Assembly: GCA_963785305.1 (NCBI GenBank)
Contig: CAWAUV010000007.1
Location: 224,001-288,000 of the forward strand
DNA length: 64,000 bases
Source of the DNA: an uncultured Planctomycetaceae bacterium
GTDB lineage: Bacteria > Planctomycetota > Planctomycetia > Pirellulales > PALSA-1355
Direction: 5' to 3'
The notes beneath the pieces were generated by a model that had not been told where the DNA came from, did no database searches, and was given only the letters and a program-made list of their open reading frames with translations. Shown piece after piece: positions 1 to 8,322 of the stretch. Within the stretch, counting starts at the first letter, position 1; each line of letters starts with the position of its first letter. The position numbers and the translations under genes were made by a program.

Positions 1-1512
1 CCCGCCACGCACGATTTGACATGGCATCCGAATGAAAGCGTTGCGGAATGTCTTGAACTCCATCTTGAGCACCGTCTTCTTTTCCTCGCGCCGCGCTTCT
101 TGTTCGCGGCCCGGCGGCTCGGGCAAGAGCAAGGCCCACCACGCCTTCAGGTTCCAGGCCAGCGAGACCATCACCATGTAGGCCCAGTTGCTCACCAAGT
201 TGTCGACCGGCGCGTGCAAGGCGCGCACCGCGCCTTTAAGCTGCGCGTTCAGGTTCTCTTGATCGCAGCGGTCGTTCGCCTCGAACACCACTTCGGCCGG
301 CGTGAGCTCGCGATCGTTCGTCAAGTAGAAGAAGTAGCGATAGCTGGAAAACAGCGTCCGCTGACCTTGGTGCTCGTCGATCCACTTGCGCACCACCACC
401 AGGCGATACACCTTCTTGCACGCCGTGGGTCGATAATCAAACTCGGCGACCTCTTCGCCCACCAGCCGCAGGTTCTTGAATTCCCGCTCGCGCACGATGC
501 CTTCCTTAACATTGGTCGGCCGTGCGCGGTGCTTCGTCTTCACGGCATAACGCGGCGCGCGCTCGAGCGGTTGCCAGGACTTGTCCTTCAAGTCGTCGGC
601 CAAAAGCTGCAATTTCAGCTTGGCGTCCATGCCGAACACGAATCGCACGCGCGGGTCGTCCGTCCAGCGGTCCAGATGCGTCGTCTGCGAGAAGTCGGTG
701 TCGCCGCGGAGCAACACCTTGCGAAAGCCGCCGGCGAAGCAGACTTCCAGCGCGCGATCGACTTCGGCCGCCGCCCCTTCGTGGCTGGGCCGGTTGCCCG
801 AGCGGTTGACGATCGAGAACACTTCGCCCGTGTTGGCCAGCGACACGACCAGCGGATGATAGCCCCACTCGCCCTTGTGGGAGATGTCCATGCCCTCCTT
901 GCACTGGCCGCCGGTGGGCGCGAACACGCCGTCCATGTCGATGCGGGCTTGGGCGAAGAACTCGGCGGGCTGGCGAGCCCAAGCTTTATGTCGTGTTTCG
1001 TGGAAAGCTTCTTGCAGCGCGCGCACGTCGCTCGGCTTGAAACGTCGGCAGAAGTCGCCCGCCGTGGTCGGATCGGGCACGCGCCGGGCGCCGAGCGCGT
1101 CGAGATAGACTTCGTCGTTGCGGCGCAGTTCGAGGTCTTCCAAGCAATCGCCGTCGCACAAGGCGTTGAACGCTAGGTTGAGCACATGATCGCTCTCATG
1201 ATATGGCAGATGCACCTTGAGCAGAATGCAATCGCCGATCGATCGCTTCGGCCAGCCCCAGTTCTTGGACCAGCAACCGCATCGCGCCCAAGCCGCCATA
1301 AGCCATGCCTTGCGCGCACTCCGCAAGCTCATACTTGATATTGCCGGGCCGCATGATCGGGCGTCGCAACCCTCGCAGTTGTGCTTGTCGATGCGCCGCT
1401 CGACCCGCCGCTTGCATGCGGCGAGACGTCGGCGTATCTTGGCCCGTGTTCTTCGGCCCTTGGCCTGCGCCCTCTGACGCTTGGCCCGCGCTCTTTGGTT
1501 CTTGGCTTTCAC
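1..1512 (-). CDS. IS1380-family transposase (frameshifted, runs off window edge)
   Basis: Minus-strand pieces read IKYELAE..GGLGAMRLLVQELGLAEAIDRRL..VHLPYHESDHVLNLAFNALCDGDCLEDLELRRNDEVYLDALGARRVPDPTTAGDFCRRF, which I recognise as IS1380-type. Probable GTG start at 1512; element end near CTAG at 1642-1645. Confidence 0.85.
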   Translation of the reverse strand, partial: MKAKNQRARAKRQRAQAKGRRTRAKIRRRLAACKRRVERRIDKHNCEGCDARSCGPAISSMSLRSARKAWLMAAWARCGCWSKNWGWPKRSIGDCILLKVHLPYHESDHVLNLAFNALCDGDCLEDLELRRNDEVYLDALGARRVPDPTTAGDFCRRFKPSDVRALQEAFHETRHKAWARQPAEFFAQARIDMDGVFAPTGGQCKEGMDISHKGEWGYHPLVVSLANTGEVFSIVNRSGNRPSHEGAAAEVDRALEVCFAGGFRKVLLRGDTDFSQTTHLDRWTDDPRVRFVFGMDAKLKLQLLADDLKDKSWQPLERAPRYAVKTKHRARPTNVKEGIVREREFKNLRLVGEEVAEFDYRPTACKKVYRLVVVRKWIDEHQGQRTLFSSYRYFFYLTNDRELTPAEVVFEANDRCDQENLNAQLKGAVRALHAPVDNLVSNWAYMVMVSLAWNLKAWWALLLPEPPGREQEARREEKKTVLKMEFKTFRNAFIRMPCQIVRGG

Positions 1513-1645
1513 TCGAAATCCCTCGGTGGCCGTGGTGTTCGTGACTGGCAAAAAACACAGAATACCGCAAATCCGCCGAGGGATTTCGCTTTTTCCAAAA
1601 ACCTCCCCGCCCACGCCCTCAAAGGGATACTGGTTTAGAAGCTAG

Positions 1646-1721
1646 TGCGGCATCAAGTCTTGATTTGTGGGTAGAGGCGTTTCAGTTTCGTGCGGGCATT
1701 TTCGATGCGGAACTGCCAATC
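1646..1721 (-). pseudogene. 3' stub of an IS630-family transposase with its terminus
   Basis: Reads DWQFRIENARTKLKRLYPQIKT* (IS630 C-terminal WQF...ARxKLKRLYP), ends at CTAG, and is cut at 1721 by the IS66 end. Confidence 0.75.
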
Positions 1722-2895
1722 GTAACTGTTAAGCCGTGGCGTGGCCTGGGCGTGGGGGGGCGGTGGCGATATTGGCGGGGATCGCGGGCGAGGGGTTTCC
1801 GGGGATGGGTCGCGTGGCGGATGTTTTAACTGCTATTGGTGATCGGCAGCGGCAGGGTCTTGCCTTGCAATTTAGCGCGCACGACTTCGATTCCATACCT
1901 TGCGAAGCTCAAACCGTTTTTCGCGCCGGTCGCGATCACGCTCTTGATTCGGGCGAACGCCGCCGCGCTCCATTCGGTCCGATGCGTGCCGCCATCATTC
2001 CTCGCCGCCGCCAGGCTTCGGATGTCGCGTTCGGTTCCGTTGTTGTCGGCCGGAACATTCGCATCGTCGAGGAAGGTGAACAATTCGTCCGAGTGCTTGA
2101 ACAGCCGGCGCCAGATTCGCAAACATTCGCGATGCCGCACGCGCGTTCTCGAGCATCAACGTGTCGAAACGGTTTTGAATCTCGTGTCGGGCCGCGTTGA
2201 AAGCTTTTTTGCCGAGCGACTTGCGCTCGTGGCCCAACCGGATCGCGTCTTGAAACAGCGTGATCAACGGCTGGATGAAGGCCCGCACGCTCGCCGCCGG
2301 CAACGTCTCGCGCAGCTTGTGCAACTCGCGAAGCAAATGGACCAAGCAGCGCTGTTTGCGGCAGTCGAGCCCGTTGTAGACCGCATAAAAATCGCTGACC
2401 AGCGTGCCCGCGAACGATGTGCCCAACGCTCGCTCGAGCACGGCCCGATTGCGATGACCATTCGAGCTTGGGCTCTGGAATCTCCGCCATCTCATGGTCT
2501 TCGAACTCGCCGGTGGCGGTCAGATCGCGGCCGCCGCAATGCGGACACTCTCGCGGATGCACGTCATGTTCGATGAATACTATGTATTTCGATATGCGAT
2601 GGGCCGGGCGGCGGCTCTGGACGAAAGCTGCCCGGATGTTTGCGAAACTGCTTGCGGCGGCGATCCTGTTCGCCACGCCGCGCATCGGCGGCCGAGCGGG
2701 TTTTCTTGCGCCGCTGCAAAAACTTTTGGACTTGCTGTTCGAGTTGCTCGACGCGCTTGCGCAGCGTTCCGTTCTCCGCCTGCAACCGGGCGATTTCCGC
2801 TTCCAACTCGGCGATCCGTCGATCTCGATCATCCATGATCCAATCAATGTGACCGAAAACCCAATTTCGGGAAAGAGGAAATGCTTAACAGTTAC
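1722..2895 (-). mobile_element. IS66-family element, internally deleted (copy 1)
   Basis: 13-bp terminal IRs GTAACTGTTAAGC. TnpC pieces: coiled coil, CPHC zinc knuckle, GTLVSDFYAVY..QRCLVHLLREL, PADNNGTERDIR. Only about 1.17 kb long. Confidence 0.9.
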
Positions 2896-3020
2896 GCACC
2901 GAGCACGTGCTCGAAGGCTTCGTAATGCGCGTCGTTGCGGAATATCTTGGCCCGGGAAGTCGCTCGATTCAGGGCATGGTAGACGCCGCCAGCTTCGTCG
3001 GCTCGTGGTGGTTGTGGCAT
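2896..3020 (-). pseudogene. N-terminal fragment of a REP-associated tyrosine transposase (RAYT, Y1_Tnp), truncated by IS66
   Basis: MPQPPRADEAGGVYHALNRATSRAKIFRNDAHYEAFEHVLG fits the RAYT N-terminus (YHxxNR...IF..D.DY..F). Too short for the ORF track. Confidence 0.8.
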
Positions 3021-3061
3021 GGCCGCCAGCCTACCAACAACCGCCAGCAAAATCAATGAAT

Positions 3062-4997
3062 ATCGCGGTAGGGATGGCCCTTTCGGGCCACCCCCCGCAC
3101 AGATCCGTACGTGCGGAACTACCGCATACGGCTCCTACCTTGGATACAAACGACCAAACCGCACTTCGGGATAAGGATGCAGGATTTTCGGGGTGGGAAG
3201 CCATCGTTTGCAAAGCTGCGAGAACTTCCGCCAGGTCATCCGGCGTCCGCGTTGGCTGCGTCGCCGCAGCATGCGGAGCCAGAGTTTCTGGAGCGCCGTG
3301 CGGAATTGTTGCAATCGCACCGAGTTGCCGGGAATCGCATGGTAATTGAGCCATCCCCGGTAAACGCTCGATATCCATGGCCCGACTTGCGCCAAGTCCA
3401 TGTGCATTTTCCCGCGCAGCGCTTCTTTCAGTTCGCGCAGTTTGCCACGAAACTTCTTGGCCGATGAGATGCGGCGAATGGTGAATTCGCCCTTCCGGGT
3501 CACGCCACTGATGTGGGTGAAGCCCAGGAAGTCGAATGTCTCCGGTGGGCCATCGCCACGCTTCGATCGTCGTTCGGCCGCATAGCGTCCGAACTCGATC
3601 AGCCGCGTCTTCTCCGGGTGCGGTTCCAAACCGAATTTGGTGAAGCGTTCCCGGAGCGCCGCCAGGCAGCGTCGCGCGTCGGACTCCTCGCGGAATCCGA
3701 CTACGAAATCGTCCGCATAGCGCACGATGATGACCTCGCCCACGGCATGGCGTTTCCGCCACGCCACCAGCCACAGGTCCAGAACATAGTGCAAGAACAC
3801 GTTCGAATAGAGCGGCGAAATCACCGCTCCTTGAGGTGTTCCCACGGTGCTCGGGGACCATTCGCCATCTTCCGACACTCCGGCTCGAAGCCATTTCTTC
3901 AGCAGCCGAAGCAGTCGTCGGTCGGCGATCCGATGCTCCAGGAACTTCATCAACCATGCGTGGTCGATGTTGTCGAAGAAGCCGCGGATGTCCGCATCCA
4001 AAATCCAGTTCACTTTCCGCTTCTTGATGCCCACGTAGAGCGCGTCCAAGGCTCGGTGACAGCTTCGTCCAGGACGAAAGCCGTAACTGAAACCCAGAAA
4101 GTCCTCTTCGTAGATGCACTCCAGGATCGTCCGTACGGCTTGCTGGACGATCTTGTCCTCCAGCGCCGCGATCCCGAGGGGCCGCGGCTTGCCGTCGAGC
4201 TTGGGAATCCAAGTTCGCTTGGACGGCCTGGCTCGATAGGCTCCCCGATGGATTCGACTGTGCGGATCGTCGATCCGCGTTTCGAAATCGGTGGCGTATT
4301 GAGCCCATGTCAGGCCATCGACGCCGGGCGCGGCTTGCTTCTTCAGGTCGAAGAAACTCGCCACCAGCAGTTCGGGCGTGACATGGTTCAGCAGATTGTT
4401 GAACCGCATCTTCTTGTCGCGTTGTGCCGCTTCTCGCACGCCCAGCAGTCCGCGCGACCTGGGAGCCCGGCGCTGTGTCCGGTCCAGTAGCGACTGCTCG
4501 GCGTTCTCCTCGGTCAGCTCCCTTCCCTCCACGGGCTCCGCCGACAGCGGCACGCTGTCGTTGTTCGCCTGCTTCTTTGGTACTATGGAACTGTCTGACT
4601 CCCCGGGAACGTGCATGTCGGACTTGTGGCCTCGCGCCTTCTCCGACCGATCCGCTTCCGGTGAAACGGATGTTCCCGGGATCTCCCGGCTTCCGCGAGA
4701 AAAGTTTCCGGCCGTGCGGGTGGTCCCGGACTCCGTGGGGGAGACGTCGGACTCGCCATGATCGTTCGACATCACTGTTGCCTTCCCGCATGAATCGAGC
4801 GACGGGGTCAGGACAAGGTCGGCCGCCACAAAAGAATGTTTTCGGAGCTCGATACACCGCCCGGCCGTACCTCTGTGAACGCTTCGCCCTGCCAGTTGCC
4901 CGACACGACGCATCACTCGAGGCCGAGGTGGCTGGCTAGGCCTTGCCTCGTGCGACTCTTTCATTCGCGACTCTCCTCCGGCTTCGCGCCGGCGCAC
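3062..4997 (-). mobile_element. Group II intron, copy 1
   Basis: 5' GTGCG at 4997. DV (GAGCCGTATGCGGTAGTTCCGCACGTACGGATC) and DVI ending CCCTACCGCGAT at 3062. Encodes an RT. Confidence 0.93.
3135..4616 (-). CDS. ltrA: Group II intron reverse transcriptase/maturase, no endonuclease domain
   Basis: APGVDG, IPKLDGKPRPLGI, SYGFRPGRS, DADIRGFFDNI, GTPQGAVISP, YADD, FDFLGF. Start codon uncertain. Confidence 0.93.
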   Translation of the reverse strand: MHVPGESDSSIVPKKQANNDSVPLSAEPVEGRELTEENAEQSLLDRTQRRAPRSRGLLGVREAAQRDKKMRFNNLLNHVTPELLVASFFDLKKQAAPGVDGLTWAQYATDFETRIDDPHSRIHRGAYRARPSKRTWIPKLDGKPRPLGIAALEDKIVQQAVRTILECIYEEDFLGFSYGFRPGRSCHRALDALYVGIKKRKVNWILDADIRGFFDNIDHAWLMKFLEHRIADRRLLRLLKKWLRAGVSEDGEWSPSTVGTPQGAVISPLYSNVFLHYVLDLWLVAWRKRHAVGEVIIVRYADDFVVGFREESDARRCLAALRERFTKFGLEPHPEKTRLIEFGRYAAERRSKRGDGPPETFDFLGFTHISGVTRKGEFTIRRISSAKKFRGKLRELKEALRGKMHMDLAQVGPWISSVYRGWLNYHAIPGNSVRLQQFRTALQKLWLRMLRRRSQRGRRMTWRKFSQLCKRWLPTPKILHPYPEVRFGRLYPR

Positions 4998-5018
4998 CCT
5001 GACCCCTTTGATTTCTCC

Positions 5019-5573
5019 CGGGGTCCAGACGCCGCCGGTCAGGCGGTATTGACTCAGAATGTTTCCATGAACGCCGGGGGCTTGGGTGTACTCCGCTTGG
5101 ATGGCGCCGGCGGCGTTCGTCTCGGCCAGATACGCTTGGCCGTCCCAGACGAACAGCGTCACACCGCTCGGGCCGCCCGGCACGGTCTCGAACTCGAAAC
5201 GCAGACCATCTCCATTATATGTGGCCCCGGTGACGGCGCCACTGGGCAGATAGCTCACGGCCAGCTGGTTCTCGTCGGTCCAGTAATTGGTCGTGATTTG
5301 GTCGCTGGGTGCGAGAATACCTTGCAAGTTGCCGGCTAGATCGTAGGTGTAGGTGGTGACCCCGGCGCTCGACACGCTCGTTTTCAACTGATTCGCGGCG
5401 TCGTAGGTCGAGGTGGTCAAGGCGCCGCTGTCGTTCTTGAGCGAGCGGTTGCCGACCGGATCGTAGGTATACGTCGTGCCATACAAAACCCCATAGCCCG
5501 ACAAGGTAAACTCCCGCCACTGGGCCAAGGTAAAACTCGACCACTGGGCCAAGGTGAAATCGACCCAGTCCAT
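5019..5573 (-). pseudogene. Orphan Rhs/YD-repeat core fragment, truncated at the palindromic site
   Basis: TYTYDPVGNR..TYDAANQL..YTYDLAGNL..FVWDGQAYLAET, paralogous to the Rhs at 6469-8301. Homology stops at GGVWTP. Confidence 0.85.
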
Positions 5574-5577
5574 CGAG

Positions 5578-6457
5578 TTATTTTTGTATCGAACCTTTCA
5601 GCAAGGCGCGAAGGTCATCTTTTCCGATGTCTTTCGGAATATCAATTACCCGCCCATCCGCCCGCACTGCCCTGACCACCGATGGATGCCGCGAATTCAG
5701 CTTTCCCGGGCCGAATGGAGTGTCGGAGTTTAATATATCTTCGATATCGATGTCTTTCGGTTCACCAAATTCGACATGACATCCGGTGGACTCAACAATC
5801 AGTACTGCATCGTCTGGCAAATGCACTGGCTTGCTTCCTATCGCCATTGGCTTTCGGATTAGCATAAGATACGACGTATATGGATAGTTCGACTTTCGCG
5901 GTTTTCAAAAGTTCCGATAGCCCGATTCGTCGTGGTTTCTCCGATTTCGGCGCGTTTCCGGCAACCTTCGGCCTCTCGGTAACATGCAAAAATTGGCAGT
6001 TCGGCCGTCAAACTGTGCAAAACCCACGAGAAATCGGCGATTCGAGTGCTAGCAAAAAACGCGAAACTTGAGGATAGTCAACCTTGTCTGATTCTTGCCG
6101 GCAAGTCAATCTGCCCGGAGTCCAGTTTAAAAACTGCTTTCGATTGTGAGGGCTGTCCCAGGGCTCATTCCGACGATAAATAAATCGCGATGAAGCGCGA
6201 ATGAGGTACGGAGCTATTAAGCACCGCCAACTAACTTCGATGCCCTCCGGTCCGGAGATGGCAGGCGGCAATGTACCGTTTTCGCGTCGGAATTCAACAA
6301 TCGCCAAGCCGACATTCTTGAGTGTGCCCCAGCAGGCTTCGTCGGGCGGAGCCTCACGAGCCGAGCCGTTCGCGCATCCCAAGCAATTGCTTAACGCGAT
6401 TGCGAACATCAACACCAAGGTAAATGTCACGCCGTAGCGGTCAGTCATTCGACGCAT
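5578..6457 (-). pseudogene. DUF1559-like exported protein in the Rhs immunity position, split by a MITE
   Basis: N-half has a hydrophobic leader, C..LKNVGLAI..F....G.LPP and SWR.LI.PYL..EPWDSPHN. C-half has LIVE..EP.D and SRH...ADGRV. Removing 190 bp rejoins them in frame (DKVDYPYTSYLMLIRK). Confidence 0.75.
5889..6071. mobile_element. 183-bp MITE
   Basis: Imperfect terminal IRs TCGACTTTCGCG / CGCGAAACTTGA, flanked by a 7-bp direct repeat GGATAGT (5882-5888, 6072-6078). Confidence 0.85.
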
Positions 6458-6468
6458 TCTCGTATTCA

Positions 6469-8301
6469 CTACCACTGGTAATCCTTCAGTTGAGGAAGCC
6501 CTGACGGTGGATAATAATAGCCGCTCATGCCCGCAGGTGTCCCCGTATCGTTTCCATACCCCAGAAAATTGTGCGACCAATGTCCGCGTTCATATCCAGC
6601 GCCAGTGTAGTTGTAAACCGCTGGCGATGCTGCCCACCATGGATCGAGATACGCAGTGCATTTTCCAATCGGTGCGCGGCGAGTTTCTTGACCATTGTCC
6701 CCCTGTTTCTCTGCTGAGATTGCAATCCAGTTATGCTGGAGCGTTGTGCTCGTGCCGTTCGCGGTAACGGAACCGACCCGATCTATTTCAAAGCACTTGC
6801 CTTTCCTAACAATCGACTTGACCGCATTGAATGTAATCGTCTGCCATTGGTAGCACAGCCGACCCGCTCGATAATCATCGCGGACCACGATCCGAGGAAT
6901 GCTCCAGCTTCTTTCCTTATAATAGGCATCCACATAGGCGTTTGCAATTTCCGCCGATTCAGCCATGCATTCAGCTTGCGAGCAAGTCAGACTGGCACAG
7001 CCGCAGAGGGCCTCCAAGCCTAATTGCGCTCGCCCTCTAATTGTACGGGAAAGGCGTAAGAAACGATCGCCGAGCCCCATTTGTCGAAGCGCATTTTCGT
7101 AATTTGCTTCAGATGTTCCGGCTGGCGGCGACAATGGGTCATATGGAGAAGATTCCTGTAGTCCCCTTGGATCGATATGGAATGATGGGTTGTTCAACAC
7201 ATACCGATACAAATCCCCATCTCCGCCCGCGAATCCAATTGGGTCCGCGCTCCACCACCTAGCCGTTACCGGATCGTAGATTCTGGCGCGAATGTAGACG
7301 TTTCCGGTGTCGGGATCGTAGTAGTATCCGACATTCCCGACCCAGCGGGAGGGATTGACGGTCGAACCGGTGACGAGGAGTGGTTCTCCGAAGGCCTTGT
7401 AGACGTATCGGTCGGTGACGTTCGAATCGCTGTCGGTCAGCACGAGGGTCGAGCCCAGGCGGTCGTTGACGTGGTAGCGCGGGGTCCAGACTCCGCCGAT
7501 CAGGCGGCGCTGGCTGACCAGTTGGCCATACGGGGCCGGGACTTGCGTTTGATGGACACTGACCGGCTGCGGGTGATCGATCCGCGTGGACTGCGTGTAT
7601 TCGACTTGCGTGTTCCCGGCGCCGTCGGTTTCGGCCAGATAGGCTTGGCCGTCCCACACGAATTTGGTCACGCCGCTTGAATCTTGCAACTCGTAGCGCA
7701 GGCCATCTCCATTGTAGATGGCCGTGTTGATAATGCCGCTTGGCAAGAGGACCTGCGAGAGACGGTTTTCGTCGTTCCAGACGTTGGTCGTGATCTGGCC
7801 CGTTGGCGCGAGCGTGAGATGCAAGTTGCCGGCGAGGTCATATGTGTACGTCGTGACGCCGGCGCTCGACACGCTGTTTTTGAGTTGGTTGGCGGCGTCG
7901 TAGGTCGAGGTGGTGAGCGCGCCGCTATCGTTCTTGAGCAGGCGATTGCCGAGCGCGTCGTAGGTGTAGGTCGTGCTGTAGAGATAGCCAAATGTGTCGA
8001 GCGTGAAGGCTTGCCATTGGGCCAGCGTAAAGCTTGACCATTCGCCCAGCGTGAAGTTGTACCAATCGATCGAGTAGGCGCCGGTCTCCGCGATCAACTG
8101 GTTCGCGGCGTCGTAAGCGTAGGTCGCGACATTTTGGAGGCCGCCGAAGCCGGCGGCGGAGCGCAGGTTTCCCGCGGTGTCGTAGGTATAGGTGACGCCG
8201 CATAGCGCGTCCGCGGCGTAAAAAAATTGCTCGATCAGCCGGCCGCCAGAGGTATCGTAGCCGACGTCGACACCGTTCGCTGTTTGCTTGCCGACCAGCG
8301 T
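6469..8301 (-). CDS. Rhs-repeat polymorphic toxin, 5'-truncated; C-terminal domain at about 6469-7158
   Basis: YD repeats, Rhs core (DRLGST..YKAFGE..YYYDPDTG..RARIYDPVTARWWSADPIG..YRYVLNNP..IDPRGL), then a lower-GC C-terminal domain. No native start codon visible. Confidence 0.9.
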   Translation of the reverse strand, partial: TLVGKQTANGVDVGYDTSGGRLIEQFFYAADALCGVTYTYDTAGNLRSAAGFGGLQNVATYAYDAANQLIAETGAYSIDWYNFTLGEWSSFTLAQWQAFTLDTFGYLYSTTYTYDALGNRLLKNDSGALTTSTYDAANQLKNSVSSAGVTTYTYDLAGNLHLTLAPTGQITTNVWNDENRLSQVLLPSGIINTAIYNGDGLRYELQDSSGVTKFVWDGQAYLAETDGAGNTQVEYTQSTRIDHPQPVSVHQTQVPAPYGQLVSQRRLIGGVWTPRYHVNDRLGSTLVLTDSDSNVTDRYVYKAFGEPLLVTGSTVNPSRWVGNVGYYYDPDTGNVYIRARIYDPVTARWWSADPIGFAGGDGDLYRYVLNNPSFHIDPRGLQESSPYDPLSPPAGTSEANYENALRQMGLGDRFLRLSRTIRGRAQLGLEALCGCASLTCSQAECMAESAEIANAYVDAYYKERSWSIPRIVVRDDYRAGRLCYQWQTITFNAVKSIVRKGKCFEIDRVGSVTANGTSTTLQHNWIAISAEKQGDNGQETRRAPIGKCTAYLDPWWAASPAVYNYTGAGYERGHWSHNFLGYGNDTGTPAGMSGYYYPPSGLPQLKDYQW

Positions 8302-8322
8302 GGAGAATTCTAAGGGGTCAGG

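Noticed and set aside
16..1176. Long antisense or alternative-frame ORFs (also 3031-4857, 39828-41555, 45731-47173, 58727-60712)
   Set aside because: These are shadow ORFs of real genes, expected in high-GC DNA, with no recognisable motifs.
1430..1510. 21-nt GCCAAG-phased repeats
   Set aside because: They encode a basic 7-aa repeat at the transposase N-terminus, with no sign of a separate element.
3135..5573. 812-aa Rhs-reverse transcriptase fusion ORF
   Set aside because: It is read-through from a truncated Rhs into the intron's structured 5' region. The frame depends on one extra C that is absent in copy 2, and splicing would give a stop three codons after the junction.
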